Below, in pieces: positions 1 to 10,811 of a stretch of 64,000 nucleotides of DNA. Source of the DNA: Candidatus Eremiobacteria bacterium (lineage in GTDB: Bacteria; Vulcanimicrobiota; Vulcanimicrobiia; Vulcanimicrobiales; Vulcanimicrobiaceae); NCBI GenBank assembly GCA_963737065.1, contig CAVTRC010000001.1, forward strand, positions 128,001 to 192,000, written 5' to 3'. Each line of letters begins with the position of its first letter. The stretch's first letter is position 1. Position numbers and translations under genes: made by a program. The notes beneath the pieces are model-generated. The model was not told the DNA's origin, ran no database searches, and saw only the letters and a program-made list of their open reading frames with translations.

Positions 1-1
1 C

Positions 2-2290
2 GACAACGGCACGCCGGTCTTTACCGTGAACGGCCGCCCGTTTTATGTGTACGGCGCATCATTCTTCTACGAGCGCACGCCGCGCGACGAGTGGCGTACC
101 GATTTGGAATCGTATCGCGGACTCGGCATTAATACGATCGATCTCTATCTGATCTGGAATTGGCATGAGCCGGACGCGCACACGATCGACTTCGACGGAC
201 ACACAAATCCGCGTCGCGATCTACGCAGCCTGTTCTCGCTCATCCACGAACTGGGGTTCAAGGTAGTCGTTCGTCCGGGGCCGGTGATTCGCAACGAGTG
301 GCGCAACGGCGGGTATCCGGATTGGCTCCTGGAGCGCCCCGAATACAACATGCCGCTGCACGACATCCTCGAAGGACGGTATCCCGCTACCGCGACCTTA
401 CAAAACGCGCACGCGGACGCAGCGGCAAATGAGTGGATGCACAACGCGACACACTTGCGCTACGCATCCGGGTGGTTGCGCGATGTGCTCCACGCCATCG
501 AGCCATGGTCGAGCGACGTAATTGCGATCGCGCTCGACGACGATCAAGGCGCCTATCTCGACAACGACACGTGGCCCGCGCCGCATTGGCACGCGTATAT
601 CGACTGGCTGAAATCAACCGTGCAATCCGTCGTCGGCACGCGCGTTCCGCTCTTCATCAATACGTATCAGATGAAAGTGACCGCATCCACACCGGTGTGG
701 GCATGGGGTAATTGGTATCAAAGCGACGCTTACCGCATCGGCGATCACGACATCGCGCAACTGGCGTTTTCGACCGCTCTGCTCCAAACGCAGCCGGACG
801 TTCCGGTGATGACGAGTGAATTTCAAGCGGGATGGCTCCAAGGCGCCGACGAGATCACGCCGCGTGCCGCCGCACCGGAAAACACGACCCTTGCCCTGCA
901 TGAAATGCTGCAGTTGGGCGCGCACGGCGTCGTCAATTTCCCCGTTGCGGACACGCTAAATCCCGCGGGGTATGAGGCGCCGTGGGCAAACTGGTTTTAC
1001 GCGTGGGATGCCGCGCTGACGCTGCAGCGTTCGCCGTCGGCGCGCTATGGTCCGACCGCCGGATTCGGTCAACTCGTGAACCGGTATGGAGCGTTGCTCG
1101 CAACGTTGACGCCGAAAGCCGATCTTGCGATCGCATGGCTCGGAAGCGCATACGATCCGTCGGTGATGACCAACGACCGCTTCGCGGCGCTCGCCGAAGC
1201 AACGATCGCGCAACAGCAGCGATGCCGCGCGCTCGCACTTACCTGCCGGTTCGTCGATCTGCGCTATGCGTCGCTCGATGCGCTGCACGAGATCCATGCG
1301 CTGGTGCTTCCGAACATCGGGCCGTTAGCATTCGAGCCGCACACCGCGGCAGTCGTCAATGCGCTTCGCCGCGAGATCGCCGTCGGCTCGACGGTCGACG
1401 CCGTTCGATCGCACGTAACGTCGAGTACTGGTGGCATACGAGACGCGGCGCTGCTCGTCACGCCCGACGGTCGAAACGCGGAATTGGACGTCTTCAATGC
1501 AGGCACGTCGCCTCGGTGGATACCAAAGACGACGCTGTCGTTCAATGGACACCGATTCACCGTTCCGGCGATGCGCCTGCGGCCGGGGAGCGCCGTCGAT
1601 ATTCCGTTCGCTCCTCCGCATTTTTTCTCAGCGATATTTACGAGCAGCGCAACCGACGTTCTGCAAATCACGGCCAAGGCACATCTAAACGATCCCAACG
1701 GATTCCCCGCGACTCCTGCCGGAACCGCACGAGCGTATGCTGACGATATCTATCGCGACGGCAGCAAGACGTTCGTGCTCGAAAACGGTCGCGTGCGTGT
1801 CGTCGTGTCGGCCGATGCGGGCGCGCGTGCATTCGTTTTCGAGGACGTCGTTACGGGACGCAACTATTTCACAACGATCGGCGCACTACGCGACGACGTC
1901 GCGGCACCGCTTCCCACGTCGGCGCGCGACTACATCGGTATGTATACGCACCCATTTCCGACCGGCACGTTCAATCGCAGCTATTCGTGCAGCGTAAAGG
2001 ATCGCGCGCCACGGGCGTCGCTGCTGTGCACGTACGATGCGCCCGATCTCGCGAGCGCCCCGGTGCGTTTCGAAAAGGAATTCATCCTTGCACCGAACGC
2101 GACGTCGTTCACCGTCCGTCTTCGCGCGACCGCGGATGCAGCGTCAATCTCCGCGGTGCTTCCGCCGACATTCCGAAGCGCGCCGTACGATCTCTTTCGC
2201 TTCACCTACCCCGCCGGAAAGACGCGATGGGTACGGTTCTCGCTACAAGGACCGCCCACGGTCGACGCGAATCCGGGCGGGTCACCCTAG
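2..2290 (+). CDS. GH35-like glycoside hydrolase (beta-galactosidase family), 5'-truncated by window edge
   Basis: Motifs GINTIDLYLIWNWHEP, RPGPVIRNEWRNGGYPDWL and nucleophile region SEFQAGW; frame is open to the window start. Confidence 0.85.
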   Translation, partial: DNGTPVFTVNGRPFYVYGASFFYERTPRDEWRTDLESYRGLGINTIDLYLIWNWHEPDAHTIDFDGHTNPRRDLRSLFSLIHELGFKVVVRPGPVIRNEWRNGGYPDWLLERPEYNMPLHDILEGRYPATATLQNAHADAAANEWMHNATHLRYASGWLRDVLHAIEPWSSDVIAIALDDDQGAYLDNDTWPAPHWHAYIDWLKSTVQSVVGTRVPLFINTYQMKVTASTPVWAWGNWYQSDAYRIGDHDIAQLAFSTALLQTQPDVPVMTSEFQAGWLQGADEITPRAAAPENTTLALHEMLQLGAHGVVNFPVADTLNPAGYEAPWANWFYAWDAALTLQRSPSARYGPTAGFGQLVNRYGALLATLTPKADLAIAWLGSAYDPSVMTNDRFAALAEATIAQQQRCRALALTCRFVDLRYASLDALHEIHALVLPNIGPLAFEPHTAAVVNALRREIAVGSTVDAVRSHVTSSTGGIRDAALLVTPDGRNAELDVFNAGTSPRWIPKTTLSFNGHRFTVPAMRLRPGSAVDIPFAPPHFFSAIFTSSATDVLQITAKAHLNDPNGFPATPAGTARAYADDIYRDGSKTFVLENGRVRVVVSADAGARAFVFEDVVTGRNYFTTIGALRDDVAAPLPTSARDYIGMYTHPFPTGTFNRSYSCSVKDRAPRASLLCTYDAPDLASAPVRFEKEFILAPNATSFTVRLRATADAASISAVLPPTFRSAPYDLFRFTYPAGKTRWVRFSLQGPPTVDANPGGSP

Positions 2291-2300
2291 GGTGCCGTGC

Positions 2301-2384
2301 GGGGAAGTGGCGGAACGGCAGACGCAGCCGCCTCAAAAGCGGCCGGGGCAACTCGTGTGGGTTCGAATCCCACCTTCCCCACCA
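2301..2384 (+). tRNA. tRNA-Leu(CAA)
   Basis: Acceptor GGGGAAG/CTTCCCC, anticodon arm GCCGC-CTCAAAA-GCGGC, long variable arm, GTTCGAATC T-loop, encoded CCA. Confidence 0.97.
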
Positions 2385-2606
2385 AGAACTCGCCCGTCGC
2401 GACGTCCCACCGCGTCTCAATATCTTGATATGCTCACGTAAAGATAAACTGTGCGTTATCCTGACGTCGCCTATCATCGTTTGACGCCTTAGTACCAGCG
2501 GCGGGCCCGAACGCGACCTTCCACAGCCTGCGCGCGGCTAGGCTTTCAGAACCAACGCGCAGTGTGCGCGCAGGCCGCGATATTCACGTAGGCAAAACGT
2601 TGTGTC

Positions 2607-5477
2607 GTGGGCACTACCGGCTTTGCTCCCGGTCGCCGTGCGCGCGCTGTTGCGTTCACACTCGTAACGACAGCGATCGTGCTGGTTCTCGCGTTGGCCG
2701 AATGGGGAACTGAACGCCTCCTTTCGGCTCATTCACGCGGCGCGAGCATTGCGATCGAGATTGCGATCGTGCTCATTGCGGCGCTCCTCGTTCGTCCCGT
2801 TCACCGCAAACTGGAAGAACTGACCGAAACTGCATTTTACTATCGTAAGCGCCAGGCGCTTGCTTCGGTCGAGCGCTTCCGTCGTGAGCTGTCGTCGTTC
2901 AACGATAAGCAGCAACTGCTTGCGGCGCGTCATCGAGGCGATCGATCATCATTTAGAGGCACGCGCCTGCGCCGTATATGTGCGGCGCGATGCGTTTCGC
3001 GCCGACGGCGTCGTCATTCGACGTCCCGGCCGAGGCGATCGCACTCGACGATCCGCTCGCGACACGATTCCAATCTAGCGCGCTGCCCGCGCGTCCGCCG
3101 CTCTTGAAGTCCTCCGCGCCGGGAACCGATGCTTTCCCGATGACCGCGGCCGGCGATCTCGTGGGATTTATTTGCGTCGAACATCCCAAGGACACAATAC
3201 GATCCCGATGAACTGGCGATGCTTTCGGGACTCGCGCAAGATCTTGCCGTCGCGCTTCTCGCGCTCGATCCGTCGCTTGCGAACCAGGCGCGCTTCGCTC
3301 ACGAATATCCGTGCGGATTTGCCGCTGCTCGTCGGACGCGACCTCGAGATGCGCGAACTCGATGACGCACTCGTCCATTACCAACTCATCACGATGACCG
3401 GTCCAGGGGGCGTCGGGAAAACGGCGCTCGCGCTGCAGTGTGCGCGCGCCGCATCGAACGGTACGAACACGGCGTGTGGTTCATCGATCTTGCGCCGCTC
3501 ACCGATCTCGCGGTTCATCGCAGCGACGATCGCAAATGCGCTCGACGTGCCGGGTAGTGACGACGATGACGAACTCTCGCGACTACTTGCATTCCTCCAA
3601 CCTCGCACGGCACTGCTTCTTATCGACAATTGCGAACATCTCGTCGAGGGCGTTGCCTCGGTCATCTCGCGCATTCGCAACGTTTGTGCGGGCGTCTCGA
3701 TACTCGCGACGAGCCGCGAACTGCTGCATCTCGAAGCCGAACACGTTTATCGGCTGCGTCCGCTCGACGGCGAAGCGTCTGCGCATCTCTTTGCCGATCG
3801 TGCGACGGCGCTTGCGCCGCAGTTCGACCCCGCCGCCAACGATGCGATGATTCATAAAATCTGCGAGCAGCTCGATGGCATTCCGCTCGCGATCGAGCTC
3901 GCTGCAGCGCGTGTACGCGCGCTCGGCGTTGATGAGCTGTACGATCGACTCACCGAACGCTTTCGGCTGTTGACGAGCAGCACGCGCACGGCGCTTCCGC
4001 GCCACCAAACGCTCGCCGCAACGATCGAATGGAGCTACGATCTCTTACCCGGCGACGAGCAATCACTGTTCCGAAATCTCGCGGTGTTTCGGGGAAGCTT
4101 CTCACTCCAAGGCGCTGCAGCGGTATGCGGAAATCGCGCGCGATGCGATGAATTTCACGTCTTGGACCTCTTAACGTCGCTCGCGGATAAATCGCTGCTC
4201 ACCGTGTCGCTCGCGCTGAACACGCGCTATCGCCTTCTCGAAACGATTCGTCAGTTCGCGAGCGAAAAGGCGACCGAGGCGCGCGCGACAGATGTCGCGA
4301 GGGAGGCGCACGCGGGATATTTTGCCGCCGTCGCAAGCGGCGCGTATCGCGAATTCGATTCACAAATGCCGCAAGGCTGGCTGGAGCGCTTGATCCCCGA
4401 CATCGACAACTTTCGCGCCGCGCTGCAGTGGACGCTCGACGAGCGCGGCGACCGGCGGCTGGGAGCGCAGCTGGCAGCGGATTGCGGTCCGCTGTTCCTT
4501 CGCATGGAACTGCTCGGCGAAGGTTTGCAATGGTGCGAGACGCGCGCTTCGCGTTTCTTCGCTCGCGCCGTCGACGGAAGGCCGGCTCGAATACGTGTCA
4601 TCGATGTTGTACAACAACTTGCGAGCATATCCGAACGCGCTCGCGGCGGCGCAGCGAGCGGTCGCGCATTACCGCGAGTCGCCCGACCAGCGAGGTTTGG
4701 TTCGCGCGCTTTCGCAGCTGGCGCATCAGTATGCCCGCGCTCAACGCTTTGACGACGCGCAAGCGCCGGCAGCGGAGGCGATTCAACGCGCGAGGACGCT
4801 CGGCGAACCGCGCGTTCTCATCGCCGTGCTCCGGCGCTGCGCGTATTCGATGCCGCCGGCACGAATTGCCGACGCGCGTGCGCTCTTCCAAGAAGCGCTC
4901 GATGCGGCGCGCAATGTCAGCGATACCGACGAAACGTGCAAACTTCTTCAATGGTGGGCTGCGAGTGAAGCGGCATCCGGGGCGTTCGATCGCGCCATAC
5001 AACTCAATACCGAGGGTTTGTTATGTGCCGACTCCGACGCGACGAACGTACATCGAAAGCGACATCACGGGAAACGCGATCGCGTTGCAAGCGTGGCACG
5101 TTGCGCGCGAACACGCACATCAGGCGTTCGAACTCGCGACGTCGGCGCAACATCCGGTACTGTGCGCACTCGCCATCGCATATTGCGCGCCGTTGTGCGC
5201 GGATGACGACCCGGAACAGTCGGCGCTACTGTTCGGCTATGCCAGCGAACGGTTGCGCGAATTGCAATTCGACGGAGACCACGCGGAAAAAGTCGCGCTC
5301 GTCAACGCGCGAACGCGGATTCAAGAGACGCTGGCCGGCAAAGACGCCGACGTACTGTTCGAACGCGGTGCCGCGCTGACGCAACAAGAGGCCGCTACGA
5401 TCTTCGAATCAACATCTTACGGTGTTCATGGTGCGACGCTCGGCGCTCGTGACGGCGTCGCTGCATTGCTGCGTTAA
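2607..5477 (+). pseudogene. Membrane-anchored GAF-like + STAND/NB-ARC-type ATPase + TPR-like protein, multiply frameshifted (possibly sequencing indels)
   Basis: Segments in ORFs 2607-3107, 2860-3078, 2978-3211, 3172-4752, 4595-5206 and 4428-5477 join into one protein; Walker A GPGGVGKT, LLLIDNCEHL, LDGIPLAIELAAAR, RHQTLAATIEWSYDLL. Confidence 0.8.
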
Positions 5478-5919
5478 CGAATACGTACCCGGACTGCCCG
5501 GAACAGCCACTGACCGCAGAGTACGTTCCCGCGATCACGTTGGTCGTGAAATTATACGTTGCAGTGGTACTGAACGTGCACGTCGTTCCACTCGGATAGT
5601 CGATAACGATCGCACCGCGCAGTGCGCCGCCTGCCGCAATGGCGAAAGAAACGTCGGCCGTCGTCGTCACGCTCGCCGACGTTATCGTGAGCGATCCTCC
5701 GGCGTTCGTTCCTTGCTGCGCGAATGTTCCGGTCACGGTACCCGCGCCATTGGCGCTGTCTTGAATCGTCCCGGTGTAATCGCCGGAGACGTTCGCGGGA
5801 CCCGGCGTCGGAGTCGGTGATGGTGACGGACTGATGAAGGGCCCGTTGTTCGATGAATTGCACGCGGACAGCACGAGAACGCCGATAAGCCCGAAGGTGC
5901 GCAAATGAGACGTGAGCAT
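5409..5919 (-). CDS. Lipoprotein of unknown function (one frameshift near the C-terminus)
   Basis: Signal peptide with LSAC lipobox, PSPTPTP linker, beta-rich domain; alternative frame continues GTYSLTQQC...RC to TGA at 5409. Confidence 0.65.
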
Positions 5920-6005
5920 CTTTTCACCCCGTGGTTGACGTGCGAACTATCCACGTACGACTAGCGGTTCGTAAACGCCTCGGAGCCCGCATGGAAGCGA
6001 ACAAT

Positions 6006-6522
6006 CTACGGTGCTGCCGTCACGATATCGAGCGTGACATCGACCGGGATTGCCGATCGCGGGATCGAGCGGCACGACGTGCATTCCGAAGGCATGGCGA
6101 TCAATTTGACAGGTCGCGTGGTAGTGCGGATGCTTGCTTTGTCCCGAGCGACGGAAACCGTCAATGGTTTCGCTTCGCGAAACACCGTGAATCGTCAACA
6201 TGCCGGTCATCGTGAAGCCGCCCGGCGCGGGCGTAATTTTCGTACTTTGAAACGTCCACGTCGGATATGTTTTTGTGTCGAACCAGTCCGAACCGGTAAG
6301 CGCGGCGTCGCGGTCCGAGTCGTCGGTATGCAAACGCGCCTGCATCGAATTCCGCGCTCACGTTCGCCGGCACGGCGGAGCCCGCCGGCAGATCGATCGC
6401 GCCGCGCACGATCGGCAACGGTGCCCGTGACGCGTTCAACAAACACGTGCGTCACGGAAAAGTGCGCCGTCGACCGCGTGGGGTCGATCGCGAGCACAAC
6501 GGCGACTCACGAACCCGAGCAT
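6006..6522 (-). pseudogene. YceI family protein, frameshifted
   Basis: Pieces IDPTRSTAHFSVTH, RDAALTGSDWFDTKTYPTWTFQS, GMLTIHGVSR and IDRHAFGM in different frames; ATG overlaps upstream TGA. Confidence 0.8.
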
Positions 6523-7603
6523 CAGTAGCCCACCGTGAACTGAACGTTGATCGTGTTGTTCGTTTGCGGCACGTGACTGATAACGTCTTCGATCGTGACA
6601 CGGCTATTGTGCGACGGGCGCGTAACCCAGCAGCAGCACGCCGTCGCGGCTAAACGTCCCAGGCAACGTTTCGTTCGTTCCTTCGTACCGCGCGAGCGCA
6701 AAGAAGCGGCGCGAGATCGCAAACCGCAACTGTTCGAATCCGCCGCTCGATGCCACGCCGTATCCGCAATTCCGGGATCGGAATCCCAACCGGTTTGGAG
6801 CGATCAGCCTCACTCGTCCAGCGTCCAGTTTGAATGATGAGGCTGTATCCATTGCGGGTGAAATCGATCGCGCGATCCCGATGCTTAGGCGGCGCTCCCC
6901 GGCGTAATGATAGAATCCCGGCGTCAGCGGGCCCATCGCGTCGGCGACGAATTCCATCGTGTCGGTTCCGCTTTTCGGTAACCCGCTGACGCGGTCGTAA
7001 CCCGAGGCCGGCAAATATTTGCGCATTCAATCCGTGAAGCGTGTCGCCGATCGTGAGCTTTCCGCCGGCTTTGGGATCAAAAAAATTGAACGGATTCCCG
7101 CGCTACGGTTTGTTCGTAGATCGTGTAGCCCTGATACGACTCGCGAAACGTCTCGGGATCCACGGGCAGCGGCAGCGTGAACGAGCCGATTTGCCCGTAG
7201 AGCGGAATCCGCGCGCTCCACGGATTCAACCGGTCGTTGATCCACGCGTCGCGAAGCAGCCCGGGCATTGCCACCATCGATGAGATATTGCTCTACGAAA
7301 TAACTGGCGCGCGAGCCGAGGGTACCGGCGGTAAAGAGCTCGATTTCGTCGATGATTCGCTTTCGGGAGCCCCTCGCCATTCGGGCCGTCGCCTTGATAC
7401 GCACTCGAGCCGACGAGATTGATTTTGGTTGCGAGCGGCACGGCCGGTCCGGCCGAAACGCCCGGCATCCGATCGCCGCTCGCCAAAAAATGCGCGCCGA
7501 ATTCATTGAGATGCGGGATCACGGTGTGGCACTTCTGGCAGACGACGCCGTATTGGTGGGCGAATAGGGCGATTGCCAACGCTGCAACAGTTAGGCTCAC
7601 CAC
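6522..7603 (-). pseudogene. Putative outer-membrane protein with N-terminal CxxCH heme motif, frameshifted
   Basis: FAHQYGVVCQKCHTVIPHLNEFGAHF after a signal peptide; C-terminus INVQFTVGY resembles a beta-barrel terminal strand; split over at least 5 ORFs. Confidence 0.6.
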
Positions 7604-7654
7604 CGAATATTATTAGGCAAGACTAATTACGTCAAGAAGTCAACTCGGATCCCG

Positions 7655-8941
7655 ATGCCCGAGCTCCAATCGCAATCGCGCACGTTTCTTCCCGGCTCAT
7701 TGCGAGGCACGATTGAGCTGCCCGGCGATAAGTCGATTTCACACCGGGCGTTGATCGCCGCCGCCGCGTCTTTCCGTCCGATCGAGATCCGGAATCTCAA
7801 CCAAGGACGCGACGTGCGCGCGACGCTGGAAGCGCTTGTCCGTCTGGGCGCGCATGCGGAAGCGAGCGGAACGGGATTATGGATGAACGGCGGCCGGCTA
7901 GCGACGCCGATGGGCGAGATCGACTGCATGAACTCGGGTTCGACCGCCCGGATGCTTCTGGGCGTGTGCGCGGGCGCGGACCTTTGCGCGCGCTTCGATG
8001 GCGACGGATCGCTGCGCAAGCGGCCAATGGAACCTGTTGCCGCTCAACTGCGTGCGTTCGGAGCGCACATCAGCACCACCGGCGGCCTTTTGCCGATGAC
8101 GATTGCCGGTACGCCGCAGGTCCACACGCGGCGCTTCATTCTTCTCACGCCGTCGGCGCAAATCAAATCGGCGCTGCTCTTTGCGGGCCTCTTCGCGAAC
8201 GCATCGCTCGAGATTCTGGGCGACCGCTCATCGCGCGATCACACCGAACGATTGCTTCGATATCAGGGCGCGCACATCACATGGGATGGCCGCACGGTTG
8301 CGCTTCGCACCGGGATCACTCGCGCCGAGCCGATCGACGTCGCGGGTGATTTTTCATCGGCCGCATTCTTCATCGTCGCAGCGACGATCGCACGAGGCAG
8401 CGAGCTAACGATACGGCGCGCCGGCGTTAATCCGACGCGAACGGGGTTGCTCGACGCATTGCTCGACATGGGCGCAGACATCGAAATCCGTGACCCGCGC
8501 GAGGTGTCCGGCGAGCCCGTCGCGGATCTCATCGTGCGCCACGCGCGGCTGCGCGGCAGTGCAATCGATGCCGATCGCGCGCTGCGCTCAATCGACGAAA
8601 TTCCGATTCTCGCCGTCGCTGCGGCATTCGCGCAGGGCAAGACGAAAATTACCGGCGTGCGCGAACTTCGCACGAAAGAATCAGATCGCGTCGCAGCCAT
8701 TGAACGGCTTCTCGGCGCCGCAGGAATCAATGTGGACGTTGCGACGAACGGACTGGTGATCGAGGGTGGAGCGCCGAAGGGAACGGGCGCGATGGTCGAT
8801 ACGCAGGGCGACCACCGCATTGCGATGGCCGCAGCCGCGCTCGCTGCCGGCGCCGGCCCTATTGCAGTGGACAGCGACGCAAGTATCGACGTGAGTTTTC
8901 CGGCGTTTATCGAGACGCTACGGAGTGTGCAAGTCGCGTGA
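7655..8941 (+). CDS. aroA: 3-phosphoshikimate 1-carboxyvinyltransferase (class II EPSPS)
   Basis: LPGDKSISHRA, NSGSTAR, SAQIKSA, RDHTE, LRTKESDR, DHRIAM. Confidence 0.97.
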   Translation: MPELQSQSRTFLPGSLRGTIELPGDKSISHRALIAAAASFRPIEIRNLNQGRDVRATLEALVRLGAHAEASGTGLWMNGGRLATPMGEIDCMNSGSTARMLLGVCAGADLCARFDGDGSLRKRPMEPVAAQLRAFGAHISTTGGLLPMTIAGTPQVHTRRFILLTPSAQIKSALLFAGLFANASLEILGDRSSRDHTERLLRYQGAHITWDGRTVALRTGITRAEPIDVAGDFSSAAFFIVAATIARGSELTIRRAGVNPTRTGLLDALLDMGADIEIRDPREVSGEPVADLIVRHARLRGSAIDADRALRSIDEIPILAVAAAFAQGKTKITGVRELRTKESDRVAAIERLLGAAGINVDVATNGLVIEGGAPKGTGAMVDTQGDHRIAMAAAALAAGAGPIAVDSDASIDVSFPAFIETLRSVQVA

Positions 8942-10119
8942 ATCAGCAACCGGTATACACCGCGGACGAATTTGCGTCCGAAGCCCGCTATATCGATACG
9001 CTGATTTGGGAAGCGCTTGCGATCGAAACCGGCAGCAAAGTTCTCCTCTGCGGATACGGACCCGACGGCGCATACGCGCGCCGCGCGATCGGTACGGGCG
9101 CGAAGGTCACGGTCATCGAGCATCGCAACGACGCGATCAATCAACATGCGAAACTCGATGCGAAGCTCTTGCGCGGAAGTACCTCCGTTATTCCGGCAAA
9201 ACCCAGTTCATTCGATCTTGCGATCGCTTTCCATTACTTGCACGAAATCGATCCGTTCTTTCACGCACAGGTGCTCGCGGAACTGGCGCGTGTTGCAAAG
9301 CGTGTCGCGGTCGTTGAGCCGGCACCGCCGGCGGATCCGCTCGGCAAACGAATTGCGCTGTTGTATTCGCAAGCCAAACGCGAACTCGGACAGTTTGAAT
9401 ACTATCAGCCGCTCGAGTATTGGAAGAAGTTACTGCAGTCGGTGAAAGCGGACGTGTCTCAGCACGTTTTCGCGTTTGCGAAAGTTCCACCGCGCGAATA
9501 TCTCTACGATACCGTCGACCTGATGTTACACACGATCGAAATCGAAGACGCCCCGCCGGAATATATCGAGGAATTGCGCCAGATCGCGCGGCGCTCGGAC
9601 GCGCAATTGCTTCCGCCGCCGCGGTACGTGCTCGTCGGAGCGGCGGCAGGCGAATTGGTCTTGCCCCGATTCACGCAACGCCCGTCCGCGAGCGTTACGG
9701 CGAAACCGTCGAAAGCCGTTGCGCCGGCAAAGAACCGAACCGAGGCGTCGGACGAATCAGGTTATGAGTTCCCGCCGGTGCCGGCGCCCCCAAGCAACGC
9801 CGCGCCGCGCGAACAGAGCGCGCCGCCCTCTAGTGTACCGGCCGCGCCGGCCGCGCCGCCCGCGACAGGATTTGGGCCATCGACTGATACGCCCGCGCCG
9901 GGGTTCGGCGTCCCGGGCCTTCCCTTCGGTACGCCGGCGCCGGCCGTTCCGGCGCCCGAAGCGCCTCCGGCATCCTCACCGTTTGGCGTTCCATTTGCCG
10001 TTCCCGGTCCCGAACCGCAGAGCGGCTTCGGCGTGCCGCCCGAAGGCGCACCTCCTACATCGACGTGGCAATGGGAACCGCCCGAGAAACCGGACGACCC
10101 GTCGAAGAAGTCGCGATGA
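8938..10119 (+). CDS. Class I SAM-methyltransferase-like domain with long Pro-rich C-terminal tail
   Basis: SSFDLAIAFHYLHEI...LAELARVAKRVAVVE methyltransferase motifs; GTGA overlap with aroA. Confidence 0.7.
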   Translation: MNQQPVYTADEFASEARYIDTLIWEALAIETGSKVLLCGYGPDGAYARRAIGTGAKVTVIEHRNDAINQHAKLDAKLLRGSTSVIPAKPSSFDLAIAFHYLHEIDPFFHAQVLAELARVAKRVAVVEPAPPADPLGKRIALLYSQAKRELGQFEYYQPLEYWKKLLQSVKADVSQHVFAFAKVPPREYLYDTVDLMLHTIEIEDAPPEYIEELRQIARRSDAQLLPPPRYVLVGAAAGELVLPRFTQRPSASVTAKPSKAVAPAKNRTEASDESGYEFPPVPAPPSNAAPREQSAPPSSVPAAPAAPPATGFGPSTDTPAPGFGVPGLPFGTPAPAVPAPEAPPASSPFGVPFAVPGPEPQSGFGVPPEGAPPTSTWQWEPPEKPDDPSKKSR

Positions 10120-10129
10120 GCCGCGTCGA

Positions 10130-10463
10130 CTAGCTCTGAGAAAAGAGCAACCGGACGGCTGCACGCGCTGTACGAATGGCTGCGACGGCCTCCGGAATGC
10201 GGAGCTCCGCAACGCCGTCGCCGATCGTGCGGATCGCGATGTTTGCGCGTGCGGTTAGTCCATCAATCGCGGCGACATCCTGCTGAATCCGCTGCGAGTA
10301 GCCGTTCACTTTCGCGACGTCCTCGCGGAGGGGTTGCTGCTTCATGCGATCGATGTGCTTCTTGACGGCGCCCAACGATGCGATCGCGCGCAGCCGCGCC
10401 ATATGCCATCAGAGCAAGCGCGGCGACGATGCAGATCACCAGGACCCAAGCCGGCCAGGCCAT
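10130..10463 (-). CDS. Small membrane-anchored hypothetical protein (one frameshift near 10400)
   Basis: Hydrophobic N-terminus in ORF 10263-10463 continues as a helical segment in ORF 10130-10402. Confidence 0.55.
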
Positions 10464-10469
10464 TCGAAG

Positions 10470-10790
10470 CTAGGCCGCCGACTCGCCGGAAGACGAGGCG
10501 CCGGAAGACGGTGCGCCCGAAGACGATGGACCCGAAGATGATGGGCTCGAAGGTGCCGACTCGCCGGCGGACGACTTACCGGACGGTGATGGAGACGAGT
10601 CGCCGGACGAGCTCGACCGTGAATCCGTCACGTAGAATCCGGACCCTTTGAAGACGATCGGCGCGGGATTGAAGACGCGGCTCATCTGCCCGCCGCAGTG
10701 CGAGCACGGCTCGGCGTGGGTTTCATTGAATCCGTGGCGGACTTCGATGTCCTTGCCACACGCAGCACAGCGGTAATCGTAGAGCGGCAT
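10470..10790 (-). CDS. FmdB family zinc-ribbon protein with Ser-rich disordered tail
   Basis: MPLYDYRCAACG...CSHCGG...IVFKGSGFYVTD. Confidence 0.93.
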   Translation of the reverse strand: MPLYDYRCAACGKDIEVRHGFNETHAEPCSHCGGQMSRVFNPAPIVFKGSGFYVTDSRSSSSGDSSPSPSGKSSAGESAPSSPSSSGPSSSGAPSSGASSSGESAA

Positions 10791-10811
10791 ACGGCTTTCT
10801 TTATACCAAAG

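Noticed and set aside
2385..7620. Integrative element at tRNA-Leu
   Set aside because: No integrase and no duplicated tRNA 3' end were found by eye.
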